From Squalus acanthias (lineage: Eukaryota), in contig CM059434.1 in assembly GCA_030390025.1 (NCBI GenBank), forward strand, positions 62,806,001 through 62,870,000: a DNA stretch of 64,000 nt, read 5' to 3'. The translations under genes were made by a program, and so were the position numbers. Under the pieces are notes generated by a model. It was not told the origin of the DNA. It saw only the letters and a list, made by a program, of their open reading frames with translations, and did no database searches. Positions 63,746-64,000 of this stretch are shown here, in pieces. Within the stretch, counting starts at the first letter, position 1. Each line of letters begins with the position of its first letter.

Positions 63746-64000
63746 CCGTAAGCCAAGCAACAAGATTCCATGTTGCTGGTGGAGGGTGGTTAACTTTAGT
63801 CTTCGTTCTTGGAATCTTGACAATAAGAATGCTTTAAACCTTTGATACAGTTTAGTTCTTAAGAGGTTCTTGAAACCTAAACACGTCACATTAGACTTTG
63901 TCGGTATACCTTCTTCCTGCAGCTTTACAAGACCTTGTGTTTTTGTAGCTCCTTCTGTAATCCACACAGTACTTCTGTTGACCGATTTTGACTTTTTTTT

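Overview
Eukaryotic genomic DNA, very probably from a shark or other cartilaginous fish, judging by the HER1-type CR1 LINEs and the HE1 and SacSINE1-type SINEs. The window lies inside the AMBRA1 gene (+ strand). Only two coding exons are present (17045-17233 and 21893-22047, C-terminal WD40 half), and everything else appears to be intron. About half of the intron sequence is nested transposons: CR1, L2, a tRNA-headed single-ORF LINE, Penelope fragments carrying minimal hammerhead ribozymes, and hAT, Tigger and Harbinger-type MITEs. Every ORF-track entry I could recognise is a transposon fragment; the rest look like noise. The most unusual signal is in the non-transposon intron DNA. It is tiled with ~300-900 nt blocks of dense, nested stems whose wobble pairs are G-U when read on the + (AMBRA1 sense) strand. 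Two adjacent blocks (~13915-14305 and ~14668-15030) are diverged tandem paralogues whose substitutions preserve pairing. This suggests an array of large structured intronic RNA modules in AMBRA1. All structure calls were made by eye and need folding and covariation statistics.
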